A stretch of DNA of 64,000 nt. It comes from an uncultured virus (IMG/VR IMGVR_UViG_3300010355_000162). Taxonomy: Duplodnaviria; Heunggongvirae; Uroviricota; Caudoviricetes. The stretch is from the IMG/VR virus record IMGVR_UViG_3300010355_000162, one strand, 5' to 3'. Of this stretch, positions 1 to 9,263 are shown in pieces. A program made the translations under genes and the position numbers. Below the pieces are notes generated by a model. The model made no database searches. It worked only from the letters and a program-made list of their open reading frames with translations, and was not told the origin of the DNA. Positions within the stretch are counted from its first letter, which is position 1, and each line of letters opens with the position of its first letter.

Positions 1-242
1 ATGACCTGATTGGTTTGCTCCAACATCACGCTAGTCTGTGACTGCTGGCGCGGGTCGAGCTTCGTGGCGGTGCCGAGTGCGGCTGCGCACACCATCAGGT
101 GATGCAACACGTAGCCGTACCGGGATCGCGGATCATGCTCTGCGTCGAGCAGGTCGTGACCAGCAGGTTGGGGGGTGGGTGGAAGCGTAGCGGCTACATC
201 GCCGACAATCTTCTTCATTTGAAATGGGTTTGTGGATGACAT
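1..242 (-). CDS. Hypothetical protein, N-terminal part (continues past window start)
   Basis: ATG at 242, open frame MSSTNPFQMKKIVGDVAATLPP... to position 1. Confidence 0.6.
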   Translation of the reverse strand, partial: MSSTNPFQMKKIVGDVAATLPPTPQPAGHDLLDAEHDPRSRYGYVLHHLMVCAAALGTATKLDPRQQSQTSVMLEQTNQV

Positions 243-261
243 GAGGTTATCGGATCAAGGT

Positions 262-286
262 AAAAAACTCCCGGCCTGAGCCGGGG
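262..286 (-). terminator. Rho-independent terminator
   Basis: Minus strand CCCGGC-TCAG-GCCGGG then AGTTTTTT, downstream of ORF 342-554. Confidence 0.7.
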
Positions 287-341
287 TTAAACGTGTTGGT
301 CTTTTCCGTGCCTCATCTCAGAGCCACGGGCGGAGTGTATA

Positions 342-554
342 TCATTTCGTCACCCACTCGGTGAACCATGCGATCGCGAGGACTACACACGATGGTAGGA
401 ACCACGCAATGAACAGGAAGCACGTAGTCGTGAGGCCGTTGCCGATGAAGCGCCAGCGCTTGAACTTGATCGCACCCGTGCTGTGCAGCAGGTACAGACA
501 GAAGATGAGCCATAGGCTGATGATGCCGATTGATTGGGCGTAGAGGTTACTCAT
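342..554 (-). CDS. Small two-TM membrane protein
   Basis: 70 aa, two hydrophobic segments, start overlaps upstream ORF stop. Confidence 0.65.
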   Translation of the reverse strand: MSNLYAQSIGIISLWLIFCLYLLHSTGAIKFKRWRFIGNGLTTTCFLFIAWFLPSCVVLAIAWFTEWVTK

Positions 555-957
555 GTTTTACTCCTGGGATTCCGGCGACTTCGTCGGCCAGTTTTTGTAG
601 CTCTTTCAGTTTTGTGGCGATGTCCTCAATGGTGCTGCTTCGACGCACGATCTCTTGCGACGGGTGGCGGGTTACTGGCGTTCTGACGCGTGATTGAATC
701 ATGGCGCGTTCTTCATCCGTGAAGCTCATGGCGCTTATGGTTTCGTCGTAGAGGACCGCCGAGACTTCGAGGCCGCGGAGCGCGGCCCCACGCTTAACGT
801 CTTCGATTGTCAACAGGAAGATGTCCTTGCGGTTGAGCGCGTCGAGCAGGCGGCGCACGTCTACAAAGGTGCTGTGGTCGCGGGTGACGACGAGGGTGCG
901 TGTCGGCGACCGAAGGATCGCGCTGAGCACCATTAGTTCCATGTAAGAGAGTTTCAT
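547..957 (-). CDS. Hypothetical protein
   Basis: 136-aa ORF; upstream extended -10 TGCTATACT (minus strand, 988-996). Confidence 0.7.
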   Translation of the reverse strand: MKLSYMELMVLSAILRSPTRTLVVTRDHSTFVDVRRLLDALNRKDIFLLTIEDVKRGAALRGLEVSAVLYDETISAMSFTDEERAMIQSRVRTPVTRHPSQEIVRRSSTIEDIATKLKELQKLADEVAGIPGVKHE

Positions 958-1167
958 GTGTAGTGAGGTGAGTTGTAGGGAGCGCGTAGTATAGCACAGA
1001 AAATTCAGGCGGGCGAAAAAACGGCACCGGCAAAAATCTGGAAAGGAGTGCGTCTCCGGGCGGTGAAGCGGGTAACCCTACCCCCGCCTTCAAAACGATT
1101 TCCCCACGGCCCCCCATGCTTCGCCCTCCCAACCCTGCGCAACCATGCATGAACCACGTAACAACCC

Positions 1168-1196
1168 TTGACAATCCGTCTATAGGATGGCATAAT
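1168..1196 (+). promoter_or_regulatory. Sigma70-type early promoter
   Basis: TTGACA-17 nt-CATAAT. Confidence 0.8.
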
Positions 1197-1243
1197 TCAC
1201 TTACTCGCTGATGTCCAGCGACCAACAAAACGGAAGTCATATT

Positions 1244-1753
<510 letters not shown>

Positions 1754-1760
1754 AACCACC

Positions 1761-1812
1761 TTTCGCACCAAAACGGTGCAGCGTATAGGATCTATACGCT
1801 GCGCCACAACCT
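1761..1812 (+). repeat. Duplicated intergenic hairpin element, copy 1
   Basis: TTCGCACCAAAACGGTGCAGCGTATAGGATCTATACGCTGCGCCACAAC; near-identical copy at 2398-2448. Confidence 0.9.
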
Positions 1813-1828
1813 TAGGAGATACCCTACC

Positions 1829-2389
1829 ATGTCGAAAATCACTCTGAATATCGGTCTCAACGTCGGCGCGACCGAGCCACAAAATCAGCTTAGCGCGACG
1901 CTCGCGGCGCTTGTCGCTGCGGGGTTCGTTGTCACGGATACGCGTATCGCTTCGGGCGAATGGCAAGGCGTCACCGAGCGCACGTTGGTCGCGGTCGTGC
2001 TTCCTCTCGTGCATATTGACGCTAAGCTCGCGGGATTGTGCGTGATGCTCAATCAGGACGCAGTTGCGTACTATGTCGAGGAGTTCGGCGCGTTCCGTTT
2101 AGTATTCCCTGACGGCGCAGTGAACGCGGGCGACCGTGACCTATTCCAGCATATCGGTACCATCAAGCGCGACACGGAAAACGCACGTGCACCGGCACCG
2201 TCGCCCGTCGAGCATCGCGCTAACCTCACGATCATATGGAATCGCGCCGACGTTCGGTCGCAGTGGCCGGACGCCACCGACGCGCAATGCGCCGCCGTTT
2301 TCGACTACCTTGAACGCACGTTTGATGCGAATATCGGCGTGACATGGGATGTAATCGACGACGCATGCATCGAAGTCAAAAAAGCATAA
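1829..2389 (+). CDS. Putative SAM lyase (SAMase)-like domain fused to the C-terminal domain of ORF 1244-1753
   Basis: LNIGLNVG...GEWQGVTERTLV...LNQDAVA resembles phage SAM lyase signature; SD AGGAG. Confidence 0.55.
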   Translation: MSKITLNIGLNVGATEPQNQLSATLAALVAAGFVVTDTRIASGEWQGVTERTLVAVVLPLVHIDAKLAGLCVMLNQDAVAYYVEEFGAFRLVFPDGAVNAGDRDLFQHIGTIKRDTENARAPAPSPVEHRANLTIIWNRADVRSQWPDATDAQCAAVFDYLERTFDANIGVTWDVIDDACIEVKKA

Positions 2390-2397
2390 ACCACCCA

Positions 2398-2448
2398 TTC
2401 GCACCAAAACGGTGCAGCGTATAGGCTCTATGCGCTGCGCCACAACTC
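2398..2448 (+). repeat. Duplicated intergenic hairpin element, copy 2
   Basis: Same as 1761-1812 with a loop change and a G.U-compatible stem change. Confidence 0.9.
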
Positions 2449-2464
2449 TCGGAGATACTGGAAC

Positions 2465-2818
2465 ATGAACCAAATCACACTGAATATCGGACTGAACGTA
2501 GGACGCTCGGAACCATCGGGAATACTCAGCAATGCGCTAGTCGCGGTCGGGAACCGCTTCACCGTTGAATCAGTCGCGATAGTTCCGGGTGAGTGGGGCG
2601 GCGTGCCAGAGCGCTGCCTAGTCATCACTGCACGCAAACAACCGTTCAACACGCTGGGCGATTACAAGGCACTGTGTCACGCGTTGAGTCAGGACGCAAT
2701 CGCAGTGAGCGACGGCGCAACTATTAAAGTGTATAAACGCGACGGGTCTACAGAACAGGGTAATCCGGCGCTGTTTCATTACGACCTCGGCGCGCACAGT
2801 ACGTGGCAACGTGAATAG
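2465..2818 (+). CDS. Putative stand-alone SAM lyase (SAMase)-like protein
   Basis: LNIGLNVG...GEWGGVPERCLV...LSQDAIA; paralog of N-terminal domain of 1829-2389. Confidence 0.55.
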   Translation: MNQITLNIGLNVGRSEPSGILSNALVAVGNRFTVESVAIVPGEWGGVPERCLVITARKQPFNTLGDYKALCHALSQDAIAVSDGATIKVYKRDGSTEQGNPALFHYDLGAHSTWQRE

Positions 2819-2839
2819 GACGTGATGATTTACGTTTTG

Positions 2840-2860
2840 AGGCCCTTCAGGGCCTTTTTT
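2840..2860 (+). terminator. Rho-independent terminator
   Basis: AGGCCC-TTCA-GGGCCT followed by a T run. Confidence 0.85.
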
Positions 2861-2937
2861 GCGTTTATGGGATATGCGTTTTCAGTCGCGAGATGTGGAA
2901 AACTGAAAACGTGTTGCAGTAACGGCGCGCGTAAACA

Positions 2938-3001
2938 TGCGAAGTCGGTCGTCACATATGCGAAGTCGGTCGTCACATCTGCGCACTTAAGCGCGTACTC
3001 G
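2938..3001 (-). repeat. 21-bp period iteron-like array (left arm)
   Basis: TGCGAAGTCGGTCGTCACATA at 2938, near-copy at 2959, degenerate unit at 2980. Confidence 0.85.
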
Positions 3002-3046
3002 TATAAAACCTGCCTAATTATAGGGCAATCACGCCTCTCCTCACTG

Positions 3047-3059
3047 TAACTCATTGATT
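3047..3059 (-). promoter_or_regulatory. IHF-consensus site
   Basis: Reverse complement AATCAATGAGTTA matches WATCAANNNNTTR. Confidence 0.55.
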
Positions 3060-3276
3060 TCGTTCATCATTTAATTTTCAACCTTGTACATGCTAACGTG
3101 AACCCTGCCCAGCCACCTACCCCTGCCCAGCGACCAGACCGCGACACCCACAACACCAACGAAACAGGCGAACCGCGACGCAACTGCGAAACGCTCACCA
3201 TCGAGTCAAAGGTTCCGCATATCCTCGGCGTCGTTTTCTCTCGTTACTACAACATACAAAACCATTTATTCAATAT

Positions 3277-3289
3277 AATCAAAGACTTA
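3277..3289 (+). promoter_or_regulatory. IHF-consensus site
   Basis: AATCAAAGACTTA matches WATCAANNNNTTR, with AT-rich upstream flank. Confidence 0.6.
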
Positions 3290-3353
3290 CATACATGCAT
3301 ACATAAAACGCATTGATTTTCGTGCTTTTTTGTCGTGTCCGTTTTTTGGTTTT

Positions 3354-3464
3354 CGAGTCGCGCATTCAACTTCGCAGACCTGACAACCGACTTCGCAGAG
3401 TTCGGTAACGAGTTCGCAGACCTGACATACTACTTCGCATGTCTTGATACGGAATGCGCATATC
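3354..3464 (+). repeat. 21-bp period iteron-like array (right arm, inverted relative to left arm)
   Basis: CGCA cores end at 3376, 3397, 3418, 3439, 3460; ACCGACTTCGCA is the reverse complement of the left-arm unit. Confidence 0.85.
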
Positions 3465-3467
3465 TCG

Positions 3468-3496
3468 TTGACGTTCCGCGCTCGCTCTGCTATGCT
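3468..3496 (+). promoter_or_regulatory. Sigma70-type promoter
   Basis: TTGACG-17 nt-TATGCT, abutting the last iteron. Confidence 0.6.
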
Positions 3497-3526
3497 TCGG
3501 TTTCCATCGACTCAGTGTGTATTTTT

Positions 3527-4189
3527 ATGGCTATCATTCGCTACCCTTCCATTCAGATAAAGTACCCGCCCGGACTCCTAGCCCGTGTGCTTCACCTACG
3601 TGACACAATCGCACCGACGATTAAACTCACGATGTCCGTCACGATGCAAGCGCTCATCATGTACGCTAAGGACGACCACGATTACGGCGCACAGTGTATG
3701 CAGAAAACCGACGTTTTCCCGTGGGTCAACGCGTACCGCATGGCCGGAGACGTGCACGTTGAGAAACTGAATATCAGCGTGACTGAGGCATGGCAAGCGA
3801 GTTCTGCCGCTGGGTTGCAGCTGGACAGCAAACACGCGTTCGCGAAGCCGTCCGAAGCCCGCGACGCCGTTCTAATCGCGCTGTGGACATCGTTGGAGTC
3901 GCACGGTAAGCAGATCGACGCAGATGCGTTTCTCGCGTGCCTGAACGTCGCAAAGCGTATCCACGGTAATGAACGCGCGAGCGCTCGACGTAATGAAGCG
4001 TGCGCCAACATCGACGCAATCACGGCGCCAAAAACCCCAGCGATGAGCGAAGCCGTTACGGAATGCATTGATGCAGTGTTCGCCCACTTCTGCCCAACGC
4101 TCGCACTTGATGAGGAACTGTCGGACACGTTCACCACCGAGTTCAAAGCTAAGCGCGTCCTGAAGACCTTGAGTGAGGCACAGCGATGA
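3527..4189 (+). CDS. Hypothetical protein (candidate iteron-binding protein)
   Basis: 220 aa from ATG 3527 (MAIIRYPS...); the track's upstream extension is translated repeat. Confidence 0.7.
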   Translation: MAIIRYPSIQIKYPPGLLARVLHLRDTIAPTIKLTMSVTMQALIMYAKDDHDYGAQCMQKTDVFPWVNAYRMAGDVHVEKLNISVTEAWQASSAAGLQLDSKHAFAKPSEARDAVLIALWTSLESHGKQIDADAFLACLNVAKRIHGNERASARRNEACANIDAITAPKTPAMSEAVTECIDAVFAHFCPTLALDEELSDTFTTEFKAKRVLKTLSEAQR

Positions 4190-4596
4190 GCGAAGCCCTT
4201 GAAGACTTCAAAGCACGAGCGAAGCCGGGTGCAGTGGCCGTGCTCGTGCGCAGTGCGTACCATTTTTGGGTTGATTCACCGGGCGATGACCCTGACGCGA
4301 TGCACCGCGACCCCGTAGGCGAGACGATACTAAACAACTTCGCCGGTTGGGGCGTTCGGTTCATTGAGAGCCGCGAGGGTTACCGATTACAGAACCTCGA
4401 CGACAACCCCGATAGCGTCATGAACGCGTTGTTCACGCTCGAACAGGTGACGCCTACGACAAGGGGTTTTCGGTTCACGGCGTGCGCAACTGAATGTAGT
4501 GATGAAGGCCGTTTCTCGTGGGAATTCTATTGGCGTGAGAATTATCAGAGCCGGGTGTCCAACGAACCGAAGAAACCACTTGACAACCCCGTATGA
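4186..4596 (+). CDS. Hypothetical protein
   Basis: 136 aa, ATGA coupling. Confidence 0.75.
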   Translation: MSEALEDFKARAKPGAVAVLVRSAYHFWVDSPGDDPDAMHRDPVGETILNNFAGWGVRFIESREGYRLQNLDDNPDSVMNALFTLEQVTPTTRGFRFTACATECSDEGRFSWEFYWRENYQSRVSNEPKKPLDNPV

Positions 4597-4608
4597 ACGT
4601 GAAATAAT
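4580..4608 (+). promoter_or_regulatory. Sigma70-type early promoter
   Basis: TTGACA-ACCCCGTATGAACGTGA-AATAAT. Confidence 0.8.
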
Positions 4609-4647
4609 ACGTTCACTGAATCAACCGACCCTACGCCAAGAGGCACC

Positions 4648-4932
4648 ATGAGCACCGCAAACAACGCCGCGACGCAACCGACAAACCAGCACTACGGCGG
4701 ACACGTGGCCGATGGGTCTAGTATCCAGTCGCACAGTGCTGGTCTACTGTACCCGTACGTCATCCAGATGCAAGAGATGACGAGCGGCGACTTCGCGGGC
4801 ATGTGGTGCGCCACGATCCTGCCCGATGAACCGGGCGGCGCATGGTACAGCGTGACCCACGGCACGGCCTACGACGCCGCGCAACACTACATTTTGACCA
4901 CGTTAAAAGCCCTGAAGGAAAAGACACGATGA
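4648..4932 (+). CDS. Hypothetical protein
   Basis: 94 aa with SD. Confidence 0.75.
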   Translation: MSTANNAATQPTNQHYGGHVADGSSIQSHSAGLLYPYVIQMQEMTSGDFAGMWCATILPDEPGGAWYSVTHGTAYDAAQHYILTTLKALKEKTR

Positions 4933-5177
4933 GTAAATTATTTACGATCCACTCAGTCGAGAGCTACATCGCCTCGACACTCTCACACGCCGCACGTATC
5001 GGCGATGAGAACCACACCACGGCGGCGCACGAGACTAGCTGGATACTGGCGGAAGTGCGCCACTTCTGCGCGAGCGTGGCCGCGCTGGATGCAGACGGCC
5101 AACGTATCGCGGGCGAACGGCTGTTAGAGGCGCTGTCGACGCGGTACGTAGCGCCGCAACCGAAACAACCCACGTAG
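4929..5177 (+). CDS. Hypothetical protein
   Basis: 82 aa from ATGA overlap (MSKLFTIH...). Confidence 0.7.
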   Translation: MSKLFTIHSVESYIASTLSHAARIGDENHTTAAHETSWILAEVRHFCASVAALDADGQRIAGERLLEALSTRYVAPQPKQPT

Positions 5178-5206
5178 CCAGTAAACCACGCTAGGAGAGC
5201 GACACC

Positions 5207-5587
5207 ATGCGACACCAGACCGTCTGTTACCACACCCGCGACTCACGCGACAACGCCAAGAAACTCAACGTCGGCACGTTCACGAAAGCGTCAACGCTTG
5301 ACGAGACAATCAACCGGCTTGCGTCCACGTTCACCGTGGAGTTCACCGCGACAGGCCAAGCCGTGTTTGTCAATAAGCAAGGGCGCGCAGTTGACCTATA
5401 CGTGTCGGTTCACCCGGAGTTTACGACGACCGGCATCGAAGCAATCAAGGCGTACCGCGTGCGCCGCGATCAAGAGCGAGCAGAGGCCGCGAAGCGTGCG
5501 CACCACGAGCAGGCCGAGCTTGACGCGGCGCTGAATGGACTGTCTCACGCTGAGGCGATCCGACGTTTAACAAACCCGAAGGACTGA
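5207..5587 (+). CDS. Hypothetical protein
   Basis: 126 aa, SD AGGAG. Confidence 0.8.
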   Translation: MRHQTVCYHTRDSRDNAKKLNVGTFTKASTLDETINRLASTFTVEFTATGQAVFVNKQGRAVDLYVSVHPEFTTTGIEAIKAYRVRRDQERAEAAKRAHHEQAELDAALNGLSHAEAIRRLTNPKD

Positions 5588-5589
5588 CC

Positions 5590-6225
5590 ATGACACAGTT
5601 ATCAGTAGACACAACAAAGCCGCACTTATCCACGTTCGATGCAAGCCACTTTATTTGGGCGGGGCGAAGTCTCGTGGAGTGTAAGATCGCACGCGAAGCC
5701 TATGCCAACGTCACCGACACGCACGCGGACTTGTTTGTGCACACGACGGAATCCGCGATCCGTGAAGCCCTGTTTAATGCAGCGCTGGCGGCGCTTCGGA
5801 TGAGTACCCCGACGCAGGCGAAAGAATACGACGCGGAAACCCGCTACCGTGAGTGGGCGAGCGTAATTGCGCAGAACCACGACGTGCAAGAGTTGATACG
5901 CTTCAGCGTATCGGCGAACGTGAACGCCGCGTTCATTGCGGGCGAAGCCGTGAACCGCGAACGCATGGAGCACGCGCAAGCTCGAACGGCATGGCTCGAA
6001 CGCAAGGCACGCGACGCTGCGAACGCACCGAAAGACCCTAAGACGCTGACCGACGCCGAGTTGTGGAGCGCTATTGCGAACGCGGAAAAGCGGATCGAGC
6101 AAGAGAGACTGTCACCTCAGAAGTTGAAGTGGTTGACCGTGTCGACGCTAGTGTTGAAGGAAGCCAACGCACGCGGGTTCACGTATGAGAACCTTAAAGC
6201 GACGTTCGACAAGGTGCAGCAATGA
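5590..6225 (+). CDS. Hypothetical protein
   Basis: 211 aa. Confidence 0.75.
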   Translation: MTQLSVDTTKPHLSTFDASHFIWAGRSLVECKIAREAYANVTDTHADLFVHTTESAIREALFNAALAALRMSTPTQAKEYDAETRYREWASVIAQNHDVQELIRFSVSANVNAAFIAGEAVNRERMEHAQARTAWLERKARDAANAPKDPKTLTDAELWSAIANAEKRIEQERLSPQKLKWLTVSTLVLKEANARGFTYENLKATFDKVQQ

Positions 6226-6455
6226 CGAAACCACCAGACATCGCCGACATCGTGCGCACGATCATCCGCATGGGTGCCCAAATTAAACCGGGCACTGCGA
6301 CGAAGATATGCAAGGTCGCGGTGAGTCCGTATTTCAACCGTCGACACCGTGCAATACTACGGTGTCGCACCGTGAAGTGCGACGGGTACGAAACTCGTAG
6401 AGAGTACCGCACCGATGTGGGGTACTGTCTGGATCAAACCGCAGGAGAAAACTAA
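6222..6455 (+). CDS. Hypothetical protein
   Basis: 77 aa, ATGA coupling. Confidence 0.6.
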   Translation: MTKPPDIADIVRTIIRMGAQIKPGTATKICKVAVSPYFNRRHRAILRCRTVKCDGYETRREYRTDVGYCLDQTAGEN

Positions 6456-6833
6456 ATGGATCAGCAAGACGTTTTTAACCGCGTCGTGGCTCACGCACAC
6501 CAACAGGGGCGGCGAAGCATGCTGCCAACAGGCTCGTGCGCGTATCGCGGCGAAGACGGCACCAAGTGCTTCATCGGCGCACTCATCACGGATGAGGCGT
6601 ACGATTGGAGGCTCGAATGTCAAGGCGTAAGCAGTCACGAGGTCGCGCAAGCGTTGCGCGGCAGCGGCGTCGACATGCAGACGACCGAAGACTTCAACCT
6701 GTGCACCCGACTGCAAGCGATACACGACGAAAATTTTCTCGGTGAATTCGACACGTTGCAACACTGGGAAGCGGGATTCAAAGGAATCGCACGTGCATTC
6801 GACCTTACATATACACCACCGGCGACAGCCTAG
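6456..6833 (+). CDS. Phage hypothetical protein (C.YR....CF.GALI.DE.Y family), paralog 1
   Basis: Motif shared with next ORF. Confidence 0.8.
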   Translation: MDQQDVFNRVVAHAHQQGRRSMLPTGSCAYRGEDGTKCFIGALITDEAYDWRLECQGVSSHEVAQALRGSGVDMQTTEDFNLCTRLQAIHDENFLGEFDTLQHWEAGFKGIARAFDLTYTPPATA

Positions 6834-6844
6834 GAGCAAACCAG

Positions 6845-7249
6845 ATGAACGAGCAACAATTTTTCGACGCCGCGCTTGCCCACGCGCGCAAACAAAAAGC
6901 CCTCAGTCGCGGCAGTTACGACACTGACGCGGTGGGTAGCATCACCGGGTGCATGTACCGCAGCGGCAACAGGCGCATGTGCTTCGTCGGCGCACTCATC
7001 AAGGACGAGCACTACACACCGGGACTTGAGGGGAAGAACGCGAGCGGTGAGGCGGTACGGAACGCGCTCAAATTGTCAGGCGTTCACGTTAACGGTCGGT
7101 TGCTTCAGGATGTGCAGCAGATACACGACAACACACCCCTGCACACGGCGAACAAGGGTGCCGACGAGTTGCTGGCGTACTGGGAGAAGAAATTCAAAGC
7201 GCTAGCGGCGAAGCGTGGCCTTGCATACACACCACCGGGAAAACCCTAA
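6845..7249 (+). CDS. Phage hypothetical protein, paralog 2
   Basis: CMYRSGNRRMCFVGALIKDEHY...QQIHD...YTPP. Confidence 0.8.
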   Translation: MNEQQFFDAALAHARKQKALSRGSYDTDAVGSITGCMYRSGNRRMCFVGALIKDEHYTPGLEGKNASGEAVRNALKLSGVHVNGRLLQDVQQIHDNTPLHTANKGADELLAYWEKKFKALAAKRGLAYTPPGKP

Positions 7250-7278
7250 TTGACAACCCCGTAGTGACCTGATATAGT
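7250..7278 (+). promoter_or_regulatory. Sigma70-type early promoter
   Basis: TTGACA-ACCCCGTAGTGACCTGA-TATAGT. Confidence 0.8.
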
Positions 7279-7334
7279 TACACCATGCCCTGACAACTAC
7301 GTCACCGGCTCAACCCTACTAACTAGGAGCATCA

Positions 7335-7763
7335 ATGTCTATTCTGACCGGCGCAACGCGCAACCCAAACAAGAACGTCCCGACGATCAACCCCGAAACG
7401 ATTGCAGCACAAGGCCAGCACGTACCGCAGCGCCGCGACGTTCGCGGCCAGCTGGAAAACACCACGACGTACGAGCTGAGCCACGGCCACCCGGACGGCT
7501 ATCAGTATCTTGCGATCCACACTGGCCGCGTGTATGGCGGCGCGCTGCGCACCACGGCACAACTGTGGACGGTCGACGCGAGAGGCGCACGCACGTGGAC
7601 ATCGGGCGACTACACGTGCCACATCGCTACCCTTAAAGTCACCCGCGTGACGGCGAAGCTCACTCAAGCGCAACACGACGCAGCATGTGAAGACGCAGTA
7701 CGCCACATCGCAGCGGCGGCAGTGCTGCACGGTTACAACCTCACGGCAGTGGGGGTCGCATGA
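7335..7763 (+). CDS. Hypothetical protein, paralog of 7999-8430
   Basis: Shared NPN.N...TTTY.LS...YQ...TTA.L.TVD...W..GD...AA.LHGY. Confidence 0.8.
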   Translation: MSILTGATRNPNKNVPTINPETIAAQGQHVPQRRDVRGQLENTTTYELSHGHPDGYQYLAIHTGRVYGGALRTTAQLWTVDARGARTWTSGDYTCHIATLKVTRVTAKLTQAQHDAACEDAVRHIAAAAVLHGYNLTAVGVA

Positions 7764-7999
7764 ACGACGGACGCTACCGGCCACGCGTGGTACTCGTGGA
7801 AGTTGACGCCACGGATAACCCGGCGAAGTGCACTGACTGCGTGTTGAAGCAACAGGTTGCAGCGTGCCTTGAGGCACCGTGTTGCCCCGATATGCGTGAA
7901 GGGAAGACACCCCAGCACGTCTACTATGCGCACGCACCGCTGGTGCAGCAGTCCCCCTACGCGCACAAGAAAACTCTACAGAAACGAGCGAGCAAATAA
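7760..7999 (+). CDS. Small Cys-cluster protein (possible Zn-binding)
   Basis: 79 aa, CTDC...C....CC. Confidence 0.65.
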   Translation: MNDGRYRPRVVLVEVDATDNPAKCTDCVLKQQVAACLEAPCCPDMREGKTPQHVYYAHAPLVQQSPYAHKKTLQKRASK

Positions 8000-8430
8000 T
8001 GGCTACACCGAACCCGAACACCAACATCAAACACGTGTACCCCGGCGACGTTTCGCGTCGTGGCGAGACACGTACCGACACCCGCACGGGCGCAACTAGC
8101 TGGGCAAAAACGATCACGACCACGTACCCACTCAGCACGCCCGCGTCCGAGTTGGGCTATCAGTTGTTGGTCATCGTCACGACGTTCGCGTCAGGCTTCT
8201 CGCGAGTGACGACGACAGCGCGACTGTTCACCGTCGACAAAACGAAGAACATGGGGCGCGTCTGGTACACGGGCGACTTCGTCGTGCACATGGAAGCCTA
8301 CGCTGACGAAGGGCAGAGCGTCCGGGCACTCGCAAAAGAATCACACGATTCCGCCACGAGCTACGAGAACGCCCGCAAGCTCATCGAAGCCGCTGCACGC
8401 CTGCACGGTTACGAGGTCCGAGAGAAGTGA
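7999..8430 (+). CDS. Hypothetical protein, paralog of 7335-7763
   Basis: See 7335-7763. Confidence 0.8.
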   Translation: MATPNPNTNIKHVYPGDVSRRGETRTDTRTGATSWAKTITTTYPLSTPASELGYQLLVIVTTFASGFSRVTTTARLFTVDKTKNMGRVWYTGDFVVHMEAYADEGQSVRALAKESHDSATSYENARKLIEAAARLHGYEVREK

Positions 8431-8723
8431 TGGCAACGAGTAAACATCCACCACCAGTCGTCGTCATGCGCGGACGCTACGAAGGCGAAGCGGGGCAGTA
8501 CACGCACACGATGGACGGGTTGCCATACTTCTACGCACGCATGTACTACGTGCAGAGTCGACCGACCGGGCGCATGCGCATCGTCAACGTCATCTCGTTC
8601 GTGGACGGGCGACGAGCGTTACGTGTGGCCGGTTCGCGACAGGCGTACGGCATGCGCGGCGTGTTCTGTATCCCTTGCGCCGATGACGGCTTCGGTAACC
8701 TGATCCTAGCGCCACGCACATGA
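8427..8723 (+). CDS. Hypothetical protein
   Basis: 98 aa, coupled to neighbours. Confidence 0.7.
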   Translation: MMATSKHPPPVVVMRGRYEGEAGQYTHTMDGLPYFYARMYYVQSRPTGRMRIVNVISFVDGRRALRVAGSRQAYGMRGVFCIPCADDGFGNLILAPRT

Positions 8724-8965
8724 AAAAATTCACATTCGTCATGCGTTGCGACGGACACGCGACGCATGGAGAACCCAACGATTCATACACCGCGTTAGTT
8801 GAAGCGAGCGACCGCGTCGAAGCGGCGAAACTCGCGAAGGCAGAGATTACCGCAGCGATGAAGGAAGACGACATTGACGCGGGCACGATCCACATCCTCA
8901 TCGTATTTGAAGGACACCCAAAAATCGACGGCTTCGGCTTTCAGACAGGAAAATATGAGCGATAA
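8720..8965 (+). CDS. Hypothetical protein
   Basis: 81 aa, coupled. Confidence 0.7.
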   Translation: MKKFTFVMRCDGHATHGEPNDSYTALVEASDRVEAAKLAKAEITAAMKEDDIDAGTIHILIVFEGHPKIDGFGFQTGKYER

Positions 8966-9263
8966 ACAAACCCCAACGATCCCCAGCGGCCACGTCCTAG
9001 TGTTCCGCCGCTCAACCAACACCAACGCGTTCGGCTTGCGCGGATATTGGACGTACGACCCGGAGTCAGGCATCGCGGCTAGTTGCGCGATCAGTGACCA
9101 CGCACAGGTCGACGTGTACCTCGGCGCGGTCATCTCCATCGACTCCCCCCACATCAAGGGTGCAGAGCTGAAGCACAACGAAGGACGCGTGAAGGCGGAA
9201 GGCCGCGCTCGTGCGAAGTTCGAGCAGGGCGACATCGTTGCAGGCGTGAAGGTGCGCGAGTGA
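8955..9263 (+). CDS. Hypothetical protein
   Basis: 102 aa from ATG 8955 with SD AGGA. Confidence 0.7.
   Translation: MSDKQTPTIPSGHVLVFRRSTNTNAFGLRGYWTYDPESGIAASCAISDHAQVDVYLGAVISIDSPHIKGAELKHNEGRVKAEGRARAKFEQGDIVAGVKVRE

Noticed and set aside
2938..3464. CRISPR mini-array, or short ORFs 2822-3049, 2830-3054, 3098-3316 and the 3335-3526 extension
   Set aside because: A 21-bp period is too short for repeat plus spacer; the ORFs are translations of repeats or biased sequence without SD
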